Positions 41,278-51,688 of a stretch of 64,000 nt of DNA are shown piece after piece; position 1 is the first letter of the stretch, and each line of letters opens with the position of its first letter. The DNA lies in NCBI GenBank assembly GCA_013314755.1, contig JABUFA010000001.1:23594-87593 (forward strand), read 5' to 3'. Source of the DNA: Chthonomonadia bacterium (GTDB lineage Bacteria > Armatimonadota > HRBIN16). Below the pieces are notes generated by a model. It was not told the DNA's origin. It made no database searches and worked only from the letters and a program-made list of their open reading frames with translations. The translations under genes and the position numbers were made by a program.

Positions 41278-42159
41278 CTATCCCTTCACCGCCCCCAGCT
41301 GGATACCGCGCACCAGGAACCGCTGGGAGACCACAAACAGTATCACCAGCGGAATGATGTTCATCACGCTTGCCGCCATAATCAGGTTGGTCTGGCGTCC
41401 GTAGTTGGTGTCGAAATACAGCATCCCGATGGGCAGGGTGCGCAGGTGGTCGCTCTTGATAAGAATAAGGGGCCAGAAGAACGAGCCATAGTTGCCCATG
41501 AAGGTGAAAATGGCAAGCGTAATCAGCCCGGCACGCGAGAGGGGCATGATGATGTCCCAGAATATCTGCCAGTGCGACGCGCCGTCTATCTTCGCCGCCT
41601 CGTCCAGCGAGGGCGGGATGGTGAGCATGAACTGACGCAGGAGGAACGTGCCGAACGCGCTGAACGCCGCGGGCACAATCAGACCGATGTACGAGTCCAG
41701 CAGATGCAGCCATACCATCAGCGTATAGTTGGGAATCATGGTCACCACGCCCGGTATCATCAGCGTGGCAAGGTAGAGGCGGAAGATGGTGTCGCGTCCT
41801 TTCCACCGAAGGCGGGCGAATGCATAAGCTGCCATCGCGCTGGTGAGGCACTGCAGAAAGGTCACCCAGGCAGCGATGAACACGCTGTTGAAGTAGTACC
41901 GCGCGAAGGGAATCTGCTCGAACACCCGCGCGTAGTTTTCGGGATGCCAAACGGTGGGTAGAGGATTAATCTGCTCGACCTCTTCCAGCGGCTTGAAGCT
42001 GGCAAGCACCATCCACACAAAGGGCGCGAGCGAGGTCAGCGCCATCAGCGTCAGCGCGAGGTGGCTGAGCACCCCCTTCACCAGCGAACGTCGCCCCCGC
42101 CCGCCGACCGGTGCCGTCTGTGCTCTGCCAAAGACTGTTCCCTGTGCCTCCTCTACCAT
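41278..42159 (-). CDS. Sugar ABC transporter permease (MalG-like, CUT1)
   Basis: Six TM helices and EAA loop DEAAKIDGASHWQIFWDIIMPL. Confidence 0.85.
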   Translation of the reverse strand: MVEEAQGTVFGRAQTAPVGGRGRRSLVKGVLSHLALTLMALTSLAPFVWMVLASFKPLEEVEQINPLPTVWHPENYARVFEQIPFARYYFNSVFIAAWVTFLQCLTSAMAAYAFARLRWKGRDTIFRLYLATLMIPGVVTMIPNYTLMVWLHLLDSYIGLIVPAAFSAFGTFLLRQFMLTIPPSLDEAAKIDGASHWQIFWDIIMPLSRAGLITLAIFTFMGNYGSFFWPLILIKSDHLRTLPIGMLYFDTNYGRQTNLIMAASVMNIIPLVILFVVSQRFLVRGIQLGAVKG

Positions 42160-42166
42160 CGCAGGC

Positions 42167-43138
42167 TTAATAGCTGACCTCCTTCGCGCCGAACTTCCAG
42201 TTAATCAACGTAACCACGAAGATAATCGCGAACAGAATCCACGAGATAGCGGAAGCGTAGCCAATCTGGAACTCCTCGAAGGCTTTGGTGTAGATGTAGT
42301 AGGTCAGGGTAGTGGTGGTGCCAGCAGGTCCGCCGCCGGTCATGACCCTTGCCTGTTCAAAACCGCCCTGCAATCCGCCGATGAAGCTCATCACCACGAT
42401 GAAGAAGGTGGTGGGCGCCAGCTGGGGCCAGGTGACGTTGCGGAAGACCGCCCATTTGCCCGCGCCGTCCAGCTGTGCGGCTTCAATCAGCTCCTGGGGC
42501 ACGTTGGTCAGCGCCGCCAGATACAGAAGCATATTGTTGCCGCCGATGGCAATCCAGATGCCCATGATGATGAGCGCGTCGCGGGCGCCCAGCCCGAACT
42601 GTTTCATGCTCACGCGCACCTGTTCCACCTCCAGCCCCAGCAGATTGGCGGTGGAAAGCAGCCATTCGGGCGCCTTCACCTTCAGCCCCAGCGCTTCGCT
42701 CACCGCGTTAATCATGGCGTTAATCGGACCGAAGTCGGGGTTATACAGCGCCTTCCACAGAATCATCAGCGCCACTCCGCTGGTGATGCTGGGCAGATAG
42801 AACAGCGTGCGGTACACCACAATGCCGCGCAAACGCTGACTGAGCAGAATCGCCAGCGCCAGTGAGCCGGCAATCGCCACCGGCATACCCAGCATCAGGT
42901 AGAGGGTGTTGATGAAATAAAGCCAGAACTGGGTGTCGTGCATCAGTTCGACGTAGTTGCCGAAGCCTATCCACTGGAAGGGCACAGTGCGCTGGAGGTT
43001 CCAGTTCGAGAAGCTGACCACCAGCGAGAACAGCACGGGTCCCGCCGTGAACACCCCGAAGCCGACGAAGTTCGGCAGGAGGAACAGCCACGCGATGGCG
43101 CGTTCATCTCCTGCTTTGCGGGCGGGTAGAACGCTCAT
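42167..43138 (-). CDS. Sugar ABC transporter permease (MalF-like, CUT1)
   Basis: EAA loop [23 protein letters not shown]. Precedes the MalG-like gene. Confidence 0.85.
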   Translation of the reverse strand: MSVLPARKAGDERAIAWLFLLPNFVGFGVFTAGPVLFSLVVSFSNWNLQRTVPFQWIGFGNYVELMHDTQFWLYFINTLYLMLGMPVAIAGSLALAILLSQRLRGIVVYRTLFYLPSITSGVALMILWKALYNPDFGPINAMINAVSEALGLKVKAPEWLLSTANLLGLEVEQVRVSMKQFGLGARDALIIMGIWIAIGGNNMLLYLAALTNVPQELIEAAQLDGAGKWAVFRNVTWPQLAPTTFFIVVMSFIGGLQGGFEQARVMTGGGPAGTTTTLTYYIYTKAFEEFQIGYASAISWILFAIIFVVTLINWKFGAKEVSY

Positions 43139-43617
43139 AGTTTATAACCGAACCGGCGCAGGAGCTGCTTGCGTTCCTGAATGTCCTGCTCGGTCTCCAC
43201 GCCTTTGGTCTTGATGCCATCAATAACGCCCAGCACGCCTCGTCCCTGTTCGGTTTCAGCGACGATGACCTGCAGAGGGTTGGCGGTGGCGCAGAAGATG
43301 CGGCACACCTCAGGCACTGCCTTCACCGCGTTAAGCACGTTAATCGGGAAGCCGTCCTTCAGGAAGATGATAAACACATGCCCCGCCGACAAAAGCAGCG
43401 CGTTCTTCTTGGCGAGCTCTATCAGCTCCGCATCGTTGCCGCTGTAGCGCACCAACGCAGGTCCCGACGACTCGCAGAAGGCAAGCCCGAACTTCAAAGA
43501 AGGCGAGGAACCTGCCAGCACCTCATGCAGGTCTTCCACCGTCTTGATAAAGTGCGACTGCCCCAGAATCAGGTTGTAGGCGTTGGGGTTTTCAATCTGT
43601 ACGACATGGAGCTCCAT
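43135..43617 (-). CDS. Conserved hypothetical protein (possibly DUF355/adenosine-specific-kinase-like), embedded in sugar ABC operon
   Basis: 160-aa soluble ORF whose stop overlaps the MalF-like permease start. The family assignment is a weak recollection, not a motif match. Confidence 0.4.
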   Translation of the reverse strand: MELHVVQIENPNAYNLILGQSHFIKTVEDLHEVLAGSSPSLKFGLAFCESSGPALVRYSGNDAELIELAKKNALLLSAGHVFIIFLKDGFPINVLNAVKAVPEVCRIFCATANPLQVIVAETEQGRGVLGVIDGIKTKGVETEQDIQERKQLLRRFGYKL

Positions 43618-43691
43618 CTCTCAACCCTCCCGCGGTATGGATTCAGCCATCCGATTCGCGCAGGGGATGCAGACTCCTGCTGAGTATCAGC

Positions 43692-45053
43692 TCACCGCTG
43701 AGTCTGCGCCTGCACCAGCGCGAGGTAGCGTTTGCGCAGTTCGGGGTCGCGCTGAATTGTCTTCTGGATCTCCTCGTTAATCTGGCGCGCGGCGGTGCGC
43801 AGGGCGTCCGCTGCCGATTTCTGATTGCTCTTCACTAGGTCTAACTGCTTGTTCAGGATGCGCATGGCGGTCTGCCCGTTGACGAAGGGGCTGATTTCAT
43901 CGGGCACGGCGTAGTTCATCGCATCGCGCCACACGGCGTTAAAATCCTCCTCCGGGTAGGCGGGGTCATGCAGGTATTTTTCGGTATACGAGTACTTCTT
44001 CACCGGCGCGAGGGCGTCCGCCTGATGGTTAATCAGCTCGTTATACTCCTTGCTGGCGAGGTACAGCACGAACTTCAGCGCGTGTTGTCGGCGTGGGCTG
44101 TTGCGGTTGATCAGCGAGGCACGCCCGTAGCCGCGAAAGATGCGGTATGGTCCATGTGGCGACTCCACCGCGCCCAGCTTTAGCCCCCGATAGCTGCGCA
44201 GGGTACACAGCCACCATCGCCCGCCCAGCGCCATCGCGCCCTTCTTCGCGCCAAACCAGGTAATCGTGCCCGAACCCCAGCCTCCCTGTGTCGCCATCGC
44301 CGCCTCCTCCACCGGGCTGGGCATCACGCGGTACTTATAGATAAGGTCCTGCATGAACTGCACCGCCGCAATCGCCTGCGGACTGTCGATGATACAGCGT
44401 GTGCCGTCGGGTGTGTACAGCCGTCCACCCCATTGCAGCACGAAATGATACCAGTTCCACCAGTCCATCAGGAAGCCGAATTGCACCGGTCTGCCGCTCC
44501 GGTCGCGGATAGTGAGCTTCTGGGCGACCTCCAGAAACTGTTCCCATGTCCAGGGTCCTTTGGGATAGGGCACGCCGTATCGGTCGAAGATGTCCTTGTG
44601 GAACCAGATGGCGTTAACCGCCGCGTTGGTGGGAAAGCCGTAGACGCGCCCTTCGTGGATGATGTTGGGGTGCACCGCCCGCCACACGTCGTTTTCCACG
44701 TCGATGCCCGCCTTTTTGAGTTCGTCGGTGATGTCCCACGCGATGCCCGAGCGCACGTAGGCGGAGAGCTGAAAACCGTCGTAACAGTCGAAGATGTCGG
44801 GTCCGACGCCTGCCAGCGACTGCACAATGACCTTCTCCATGCCGGTGTTGCTGGGGTCCAGGCGCAGGTCATATTCGGGGTGCAGTTTGTTGAACAAGGC
44901 AATCTGCTCACGGCGGGCAGGGTTATCATCGCTGACCCACACCAGGGGGATTTTGCCCTGGGCGGTGTCGCGCGGCTGGATACGCCACGCAACCAGCGAG
45001 AGCAGAACCAGTACGACAAACGCCCCAGCGAAGAAGTATTTCATGGGAACCAC
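43692..45053 (-). CDS. ABC transporter extracellular solute-binding protein (family 1, sugar)
   Basis: Signal/anchor helix followed by a ~430-aa SBP-type fold. First gene of the SBP-x-MalF-MalG block. Confidence 0.85.
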   Translation of the reverse strand: MVPMKYFFAGAFVVLVLLSLVAWRIQPRDTAQGKIPLVWVSDDNPARREQIALFNKLHPEYDLRLDPSNTGMEKVIVQSLAGVGPDIFDCYDGFQLSAYVRSGIAWDITDELKKAGIDVENDVWRAVHPNIIHEGRVYGFPTNAAVNAIWFHKDIFDRYGVPYPKGPWTWEQFLEVAQKLTIRDRSGRPVQFGFLMDWWNWYHFVLQWGGRLYTPDGTRCIIDSPQAIAAVQFMQDLIYKYRVMPSPVEEAAMATQGGWGSGTITWFGAKKGAMALGGRWWLCTLRSYRGLKLGAVESPHGPYRIFRGYGRASLINRNSPRRQHALKFVLYLASKEYNELINHQADALAPVKKYSYTEKYLHDPAYPEEDFNAVWRDAMNYAVPDEISPFVNGQTAMRILNKQLDLVKSNQKSAADALRTAARQINEEIQKTIQRDPELRKRYLALVQAQTQR

Positions 45054-45093
45054 CCTTACTTCCTATCTTTCTATTTCTCATATCTTTCTCCTC

Positions 45094-46752
45094 TTACCCC
45101 AACGTGCGCTGGAATAACCACTCCACAAAGTGAACGAGCGCAGGAGTCTTTTTGTGCCGAAGCCATAGGAAGGCAAGCGGAAAGCCAATCACTGCTCGCT
45201 TTTCTCGATGAGCAATGAGGCGTGTGCTGCCGAGGGTGGCCAGGTATGTCCACTGCTTGCCTAGAGAAGAGATATCTATGGGCAAAATGGGTAGATCGTT
45301 GTGTGTCACGGGGATTTCACCGCTTGGGGTCTGTACGGTATACCCCCTGTCGTTCCTTGCATGAGGCGTGTTGACCACCTCTACCACGCTGGGAAGGATA
45401 GCTGCCACTTCTTCCAATCGCTTCCTGTCTTCAAGAGGTAAGGTTTCCATTGGCGAAAACGCTACGTAGATTCCTTTATAGTCGCGCAGATTTTCCTGCA
45501 GATTATCTTCACAGACGACTCGCACAGGATATCCGTGCTGTGTTAACATATGCCACGCTCCAAATTGAGCATCATGTAACCACTCGGTTTGTTCTCGGTA
45601 GCAATAATTCGTCCACTTGGAAACGAACAGCAAGACCGTGTTTGCGGAGTCCGTACGCCGAGAGGTCGTAACGTTTTGGGCAATTTTAGCGGCCTCCGTA
45701 ACTAGCCGATGCTCAGAGGGCAGCTTATCGCTGTAGGAATAGTTGGCGATTTTGAGGTGTGCTCCTTCAGCAAGAGCAGCGCCGAGCACACGCAAAATCT
45801 GAGCATCGGTATAGCCAAACTTTTCCTGCAAAATGGGACCATCTATCTCGAAGCTAACTGGTAATCCCGTGATACCCTGCAGAGCAGCCACCGAAGCGGC
45901 GGCATGCCAAGCGGGGTCCTTTGCGTGCCAGAAGAAGTCGTAGCTATGTACGATGTGATTTGCCCCTCTCGACAGGCCGAAGTAGTCCGAGTTAGACATT
46001 GTGGCACTGGCACTGCGGTACCCTTCTCCCAGAGGAACGCTGATAAAAGCACGTGGATTACCTTCTCGGATTGCCTGTACAAAGCGATATACAGCACCAC
46101 GCCAGCTATGTTCACGGAATGCAATAAAAGCACGATGAGATGGGCTCAGGTCAGGTTCTCCGTTGGTGTGGTTGGGAAGAACAGGAGGCTGTTGAGGCAG
46201 ATTTGCGTTGCCTGCAATACGCTTCAGCCAGGCAGGGCGGGGGATGGAAATAGATTGACGCCACTTATTTACACTGGCAGGGTCGTAGCTCCACCAGTCT
46301 GACCATTTGAGTTCTCCATGTACCCCGATAAATGGGCTAAACTGTACAGGCTCATTGTGAAATTGTCGAGCGAGCATCGTACAGAGAGGAAGGAAGCACT
46401 CCCAGAAGCGGTCGTCGTTAATGGAGGGAATAGGCATTACCACTTTGCCCGTGTGGTCGCACCAGAGGTTGCACTTCAACCATGCTGGCATAGCACTAGC
46501 ATAATAGGTATTGATACGCACTCGAAGATACATTCCCAGCTTCTTAGTGATGGCGAGCCGTTGTGAGACAAAGGAGAAATCGTACTGGTGCGGTCTCGGC
46601 TCTAGTTTGCTCCACGGAGCAGTAATTTCCATAACATTAAAGCCAGCACGCTTCAAATCCTTGCTCCACTGTTGGAAGAGGGACAGTTGTTGACAGGGTA
46701 GAGTCCAGTCCCATATGTCGAAAGCCAGTTCACGTTCGTGGTTTTGACCCAT
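45094..46752 (-). CDS. Putative glycoside hydrolase, GH42-like TIM-barrel plus trimerisation-like domain
   Basis: N-terminal FNVMEITAPWSKLEPRPHQYDF resembles the GH42/GH35 barrel start. The central Rossmann-like segment resembles the GH42 middle domain. Region has visibly lower GC. Confidence 0.45.
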   Translation of the reverse strand: MGQNHERELAFDIWDWTLPCQQLSLFQQWSKDLKRAGFNVMEITAPWSKLEPRPHQYDFSFVSQRLAITKKLGMYLRVRINTYYASAMPAWLKCNLWCDHTGKVVMPIPSINDDRFWECFLPLCTMLARQFHNEPVQFSPFIGVHGELKWSDWWSYDPASVNKWRQSISIPRPAWLKRIAGNANLPQQPPVLPNHTNGEPDLSPSHRAFIAFREHSWRGAVYRFVQAIREGNPRAFISVPLGEGYRSASATMSNSDYFGLSRGANHIVHSYDFFWHAKDPAWHAAASVAALQGITGLPVSFEIDGPILQEKFGYTDAQILRVLGAALAEGAHLKIANYSYSDKLPSEHRLVTEAAKIAQNVTTSRRTDSANTVLLFVSKWTNYCYREQTEWLHDAQFGAWHMLTQHGYPVRVVCEDNLQENLRDYKGIYVAFSPMETLPLEDRKRLEEVAAILPSVVEVVNTPHARNDRGYTVQTPSGEIPVTHNDLPILPIDISSLGKQWTYLATLGSTRLIAHREKRAVIGFPLAFLWLRHKKTPALVHFVEWLFQRTLG

Positions 46753-46847
46753 TTTCTTCCTCCGATAGGAAGAGCCTCCACGAATCGGGATGTAAAGGGA
46801 GTCCCCGTACCGGCAACAAGATACGAGGACTCCTCTTCCGCCTGCCG

Positions 46848-47648
46848 TTACATATCAGGACTCAGGAGGTGGGTAGAGACGTAATCCTGAGCCTCTGCTT
46901 CAGAGTTCGCCATGTACCAGTTATCCCAGGGGTTGACCAATAACGGATAGTTATCCGTTAGGTTCCACATCAGGCGAGGGCGTACGGTCTGGCTGGACCT
47001 CAATGCTTTTGCGTGTCCATCTACGAATGTCCAGTTGATGGTCCCGCCGTGTGTTCGCAGAGGATACCAGGTGTATCCGATGTACCACAGCCCAGCATCG
47101 AAGAGCTCGAAGGGCAGCTCTACGATGATTATCTTAGACGCAGGCTCTTGGATACCGGCAAGGGCGAAGGCGTTTTGTCCACTACCGTATGTCCAGCCGA
47201 ACACGTACGCGTTCATCGCGTAGCCTTTGGGGCGGGTGACTGTGCCCCAACCTCCGGTACGTCCAACAGCCTCGTCTGGACGGGAAGGACAGACAAAGAT
47301 CTGGTGGTTTTTCACATAGGGCATCAACAGGTCGTACCAAATGATGAGGTCGACGCCCCAGTCACTTCGTCGTCCAACCCAGCGGTCATAGTTGGGCATA
47401 GGCAACATTTCGTCGTAGTCCTGCGTGTACATCACCATGCCAAGCCCAAGCTGCTTCATGTTCGAGAGACAAGCGGACTTTCTGGCTTGTTCGCGTGCAC
47501 GTGCGAACACCGGGAACAGAATCGCTGCCAGTATCGCGATTATCGCGATAACCACCAGCAATTCGATCAGGGTAAAAGCTGTGGCCGTGCGTCTCACTGG
47601 TTTTTTCCCTCCTTCGTTCGTCCGAGTTTTTGAGCGTTTCTGCCACAC
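46848..47648 (-). CDS. Prepilin-type N-terminal cleavage/methylation domain protein, H-X9-DG (DUF1559) family
   Basis: [35 protein letters not shown]-terminus and C-terminal FVDGHAKAL. Exact start uncertain. Confidence 0.7.
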   Translation of the reverse strand: MWQKRSKTRTNEGGKKPVRRTATAFTLIELLVVIAIIAILAAILFPVFARAREQARKSACLSNMKQLGLGMVMYTQDYDEMLPMPNYDRWVGRRSDWGVDLIIWYDLLMPYVKNHQIFVCPSRPDEAVGRTGGWGTVTRPKGYAMNAYVFGWTYGSGQNAFALAGIQEPASKIIIVELPFELFDAGLWYIGYTWYPLRTHGGTINWTFVDGHAKALRSSQTVRPRLMWNLTDNYPLLVNPWDNWYMANSEAEAQDYVSTHLLSPDM

Positions 47649-47829
47649 CTATTTGTGGTCGGGATGTGGCATTGTTGCCTGCGAAGGCAACGGTGGTAGC
47701 CACGGTGGCTTTTCTGGCTCGTACAGGATGGTCTTGCGCCACACTATTACCGCGATAGCGAGCAACACGATAATCAGGGCAAGCCCTATTCCGACGAACC
47801 TCTTTTGCTGCATGTGTTTATCACCTCCC

Positions 47830-48840
47830 TCAGAGACGGGGTGCTGGACCTGTGCTTTTCCTAATTACGAGGCTTGTTTGGAACCGACAGATCTGGGTTG
47901 GTTCAACAGGAGACCGACGCAATGCCAAAACCATCTCAGCCGCCTTTTGTCCCAGTCCAAAAGCATCTATTCGTACAGTAGTAAGCGGTGGTTCCATCAT
48001 ACTTGCCATTGGCACATCATCATGCCCTACAATCGAGACCTGTTCTGGCACGCGTAGTCCTAGGCTAACAGCGCTAAACATCGCACCAATTGCAAGGTCG
48101 TCTTTTCGGGCAAAGATTGCCGTAGGGGGGTTAGGCTGGGTGAACAAATGCCGAGCCGCCGCAGCACCCTCTGCCACAGTGAAGCCGGCAGTTACTATGT
48201 TACGTTCCTCGAGAGAGACTCCGTACTTCTGCAACGCTTCCCGGAACCACGTTGGGAAAAGATCGTCTTCCCGGATGCCAATAAAACCGATGCGTCGATG
48301 CCCCAAAGAGACCAGCAAATCCGCTACTTCCTCCACTCCGTGTTTCATATCCGTTGTAATACATCCTACATAAGGTAAATCGGCTTCGGTGGGTGCTCCG
48401 TAAATCACAAAGGGCGTAGCAGGGTTAGCGAGCTGTTTGATATGCTCACGCACAGGACTCCAGCCTTTTATCAGGATCACCCCGTCTACTGCTGCCGAGC
48501 GCACCCATCTAAGCAAGGGGGAATCTGCGCTATCTAGACGAAACACGTTATCCAACAGTAAGCCATAACCATGCATATGCAGGGTAGACTGAACGCCTCG
48601 TGCAAAGTCCGTGAGAAACAGGTCTGAAAGGATTTCCTGGTCGGTGTGGTGGAGGGCAATGATGTGGCTTTGTCCCGTGACGAGCTGCTGAGCGTGGGGG
48701 TTTGGAATATACCCCAGTTCTCTCATGCGCCGAAGCACCATCTCGCGTGTTTTGGCGCTAACTCGCCCTCTACCACTCAACACGTGCGACACGGTGGTCG
48801 GAGAAACTCCTATTAGTTTGGCGAACTCTTTGATGCGCAT
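47830..48840 (-). CDS. LacI family transcriptional regulator
   Basis: N-terminal HTH MRIKEFAKLIGVSPTTVSHVLSG and a C-terminal PBP-fold effector domain. Confidence 0.85.
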   Translation of the reverse strand: MRIKEFAKLIGVSPTTVSHVLSGRGRVSAKTREMVLRRMRELGYIPNPHAQQLVTGQSHIIALHHTDQEILSDLFLTDFARGVQSTLHMHGYGLLLDNVFRLDSADSPLLRWVRSAAVDGVILIKGWSPVREHIKQLANPATPFVIYGAPTEADLPYVGCITTDMKHGVEEVADLLVSLGHRRIGFIGIREDDLFPTWFREALQKYGVSLEERNIVTAGFTVAEGAAAARHLFTQPNPPTAIFARKDDLAIGAMFSAVSLGLRVPEQVSIVGHDDVPMASMMEPPLTTVRIDAFGLGQKAAEMVLALRRSPVEPTQICRFQTSLVIRKSTGPAPRL

Positions 48841-49269
48841 ATTGTATTGGAAAATACAACGACTTATAGGAAAATCGTTTTGGCAAATTCAATTGTATCC
48901 TAAACTCTTCTCTATGTCAAGGGATTAGTGTGATGTTTTCCCAAAAAATCAGTAAAAGGCTTGGTGGAAATCGACCGGAATGCTCGGTTAGTAATCTCAG
49001 GTATACTTTGTGGGCTAATTTCGATGTATGCCGAGAACGCTGGTAATGACTAAGCTCGACCGTTTTCGGTGTGGACTGGTCGGAGAATGCATCCGCCGAT
49101 TTGAAAAACAGGGTTTGCAGTGGATGCAGCGTTTCGTCTCCTTTGGCTGGTTGACGCCTCTTTCCAAGCGTGGTTATCGGCTATGTGTGATGCTGGGGTG
49201 TCTGGCGGCGTTTTCGGCGCGTGCTTCGCGTGCACCTGCGAGGAGCCGTCGTTCGAAGGTAGAGGCGGC

Positions 49270-49680
49270 GTTAGACGGGATAGTGGCGGTTCATGCGAAG
49301 ATGGATGCTCAGGGGCATGAGGATAGGTTGCTGGTGGTATTGGGTGTTAGGTTTGAGTGGCCGGCGTGTGTGAGGTGTGGGGAGAAGTGTTCGTTTGGTG
49401 TCATGTTGGTGGAGTGGGAGTGTTCGTTGGCAGACTGGGGATCGGTGTCGTGTTCTGGGCATGCAGGTATGGAATGCGTTTGGTGAGGGATTTGGCACGG
49501 TTTGTGTGCGTGAAGGGGCGAGTTGGGTAGAAATGGCTGAAGGATTAGTGGCTTGGCTGGTGGAGGCTAAAGAGGGGATTGCGGTGTTCTTGGGTAGATT
49601 TCTGGGGGTTTGAATGGTTATGATAGATGATGAAGCAAGGCTTTGGGGGGATCGTGGGGGCGGTGTTCAGCTAAAAGTTC
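49270..49680. other. Strongly GT-skewed, C-depleted non-coding tract (~400 bp)
   Basis: The plus strand is almost devoid of C over ~400 nt in an otherwise ~60% GC genome. Overlapping ORFs encode improbable W/G/V-rich or P/H/T-rich peptides. Confidence 0.6.
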
Positions 49681-49689
49681 AAAAGTCGG

Positions 49690-50095
49690 GACATCTCCCG
49701 CGAGGAGAGGGAAAAACAGATCGGCGGAAGCCTTGCCCTCCAAGGGATGCTGTAGGGGCAACCCTCTGTGGTTGCCCTCTCCAATGCCGAACAGCCCCAC
49801 CTGAACTCACCGAAGGCGGAAAGGGACTGTCCCCCTGCTTGCGAGGGGACAACACGGGGGCTTACCATACCGCAAGAAAGCCCCTCCTAACCTCCCCGCA
49901 GGCAGGGAGGAACCCCTCTCCCGCCCTCTCCCCGACGCGGGGAGAGGAGTGTCGAAAGAAGCCCTCACCCTGACCCTCTCCCACGAGGAGAGGGCAACAC
50001 GGGGTAAAACCCCTCTCCCAGCCTCTCCCCGACGCGGGGAGAGGTGATGCGCCCCTGAACGGAAAGATTTTTCCGAGAAATCTCTCCCGAACACC
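49690..50095. repeat. Dense array of REP-like hairpin repeats (at least 5 distinct palindromic units)
   Basis: Contains GGGCAACCctctgtGGTTGCCC, GTCCCCctgcttgcgaGGGGAC, CCTCCCcgcaggcaGGGAGG, CCCTCTCCCacgagGAGAGGG and two CCTCTCCCCgacgcGGGGAGAGG units. A 95-bp composite (49950-50045) is repeated inverted at 56372-56465. Confidence 0.85.
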
Positions 50096-50211
50096 CCAAA
50101 ATCTATTGACTCTGATAAACATACCTGCTATACCATATCTGAAACAGGTAGCACAGCTCCCGCAGTCGGTTTGGGAGAGCCAAAACACTTGCTGATTGAG
50201 GGTGCTGAAAA

Positions 50212-51111
50212 GTGTGGCATTGCCTCTCTGTCAGCGCAGATTCCATATCTCTTGCAGTCTCTTCCACGAAGGACGGGGCAAGAGCAGCCCCTGTCACTCC
50301 CTTCGTTGACCATAACCCCTCTCTTGTCTGGTCGGTTGTTTCGGCTGAAATCCTTGCTGAGGGCAACGTGCAGATAGCGTATGAGTATGGGTATGGGTTT
50401 GACGGCGGTCGTCGCTGGCGGAAGGACTACCTGAATGGGGTGTGGACTCGGTATCCGTGCGGTGTGGCGTGCGGTGCTGGGGAGCTGGTGGAGCAGCAGA
50501 AGCCGCTGGAGGGAGGCAGCTGGACAACGAGTGCGCTGTATTTGCAGGGCATTTCGCTGGTTCGGCGAAACAGTGAGTGGCATCACTTTGACCCGTTCGG
50601 CACAGCTGGAGTGATAACCAACGGGAGTGGTCAGGTGGTGAGCAACAACCTGTATGACCTGTTTGGTGTCATCAGATATGAGCAGGGCAGCGCGCAGACG
50701 CCGTGGAGGTGGATATGGTTTCGTACCAGTGAGGAAGACCTGCTGACAGTAAGTAGAGTTCTCACTCAGCCGGAACGTGACCTTGCTCTTTCGAGGCCGG
50801 CGCTCGTACCGCTAGGAGCGGGTGGAATAATAGGAGGGATGCTTTGCCTGCTGGCGTGTGCGTGGGTTGGGACTGGTGTTCATGAGTACTGGAACGACTG
50901 TCAACGCGAGTGCAGCAGCATGGATAATCCTGTTCGGTGCATGCCTAATTGCTTGATAACAAAAACATGCCAGAGTGCAATTGACACAGTGGCATGTATT
51001 GGATGCGGTGCATGTATCTGTTTGGTTCCTGTAGTCCGTCCTCTGTGTGTAAAGGTGGGCAGAGCAGCTATACGCATATGGGTGAAGCTTAGGGATATTC
51101 TACGAGAATGA
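50212..51111 (+). CDS. N-terminally truncated Rhs/YD-repeat C-terminal fragment with degenerate core end and Cys-rich hydrophobic tip
   Basis: Contains EWHHFDPFGTAGVITNGSGQVVSNNLYDLFGV, which matches the Rhs core signature YYHxDHLGSxxLLTDxxGxxVWxxxYDPFGE at most positions. A degraded RYYDP…DPIGLAGG-like segment follows (RVLTQPERDLALSRPALVPLGAGGI). The tip is C-rich with a TM stretch. There is no N-terminal Rhs body upstream. Lower GC than surroundings. Confidence 0.5.
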   Translation: MWHCLSVSADSISLAVSSTKDGARAAPVTPFVDHNPSLVWSVVSAEILAEGNVQIAYEYGYGFDGGRRWRKDYLNGVWTRYPCGVACGAGELVEQQKPLEGGSWTTSALYLQGISLVRRNSEWHHFDPFGTAGVITNGSGQVVSNNLYDLFGVIRYEQGSAQTPWRWIWFRTSEEDLLTVSRVLTQPERDLALSRPALVPLGAGGIIGGMLCLLACAWVGTGVHEYWNDCQRECSSMDNPVRCMPNCLITKTCQSAIDTVACIGCGACICLVPVVRPLCVKVGRAAIRIWVKLRDILRE

Positions 51112-51118
51112 GGGGGGC

Positions 51119-51688
51119 TTGATGATGCTTCGCCTAGGATGGAGGGATACCTTTGCAGCAGTGTGCTTTGTGCTAATATACGTGTTGTCCCCGCCGTCCA
51201 AGCAGCTGTATTCTCGGCTCGGAACGTGGCCTGTATCGGAGTATTTCTCTATCGCCTTCGCTTTGGCGGTCGGGTTCACCTTTCGTTACTTCCACACGCG
51301 CTGGTCGCCAGAATGGCAAAGCAAAGTGGGAATGGGGCTATTAGTGCTCGCAGGCTTGGGAGCAGCAGGTGGCGACTTTGTCATCTCGGCTGCTATAGCT
51401 TGGTCGGCTTCGCTGGTCTTACTTTTTCGAGCAGTCTTTCGCGACGACAGCGAGGCGCGGTGGGCGGCGCCTATCATGTTTTTCGGTTTTTGGGCAGTGA
51501 TACTGTGTGCGATACTTGTGCACCTCGGTGGAATGAATGCGCTGGGCAGTGCGTTCGCAGTCGCATGGGCGCTGTTTATCATTGGTCTCTACATGCAAGC
51601 AGGTAATGGCGGGGACAAATTGCAAGAACCGCAGGGGCATCCTGTGCTGTTAGCGTTTCATGGGCTTCTGTTTATTGCCGCATTGTGA
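51119..51688 (+). CDS. Polytopic membrane protein (hypothetical; candidate immunity protein of the adjacent Rhs-like tip)
   Basis: 189 aa with 5-6 predicted TM helices. Starts 8 nt after the Rhs-fragment stop. No motif recognised. Confidence 0.45.
   Translation: MMMLRLGWRDTFAAVCFVLIYVLSPPSKQLYSRLGTWPVSEYFSIAFALAVGFTFRYFHTRWSPEWQSKVGMGLLVLAGLGAAGGDFVISAAIAWSASLVLLFRAVFRDDSEARWAAPIMFFGFWAVILCAILVHLGGMNALGSAFAVAWALFIIGLYMQAGNGGDKLQEPQGHPVLLAFHGLLFIAAL

Noticed and set aside
45094-46752. Horizontal-transfer island call for the GH42-like gene based on lower GC
   Set aside because: GC looks lower by eye, but there are no flanking repeats, tRNA or integrase. Noted only in the feature evidence, not as an island.
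49028-49613. ORFs 49028-49486 and 49377-49613 in the GT-rich tract
   Set aside because: The encoded peptides are dominated by W/G/V/C, reflecting the nucleotide skew rather than protein-like composition. No RBS. Treated as non-coding.
26630-50095. Possible CRISPR array suggested by repeated ~41-bp units
   Set aside because: Only two to three copies per locus, units are heterogeneous palindromes, spacing is irregular, and no cas genes are present. REP/MITE-like elements fit better.
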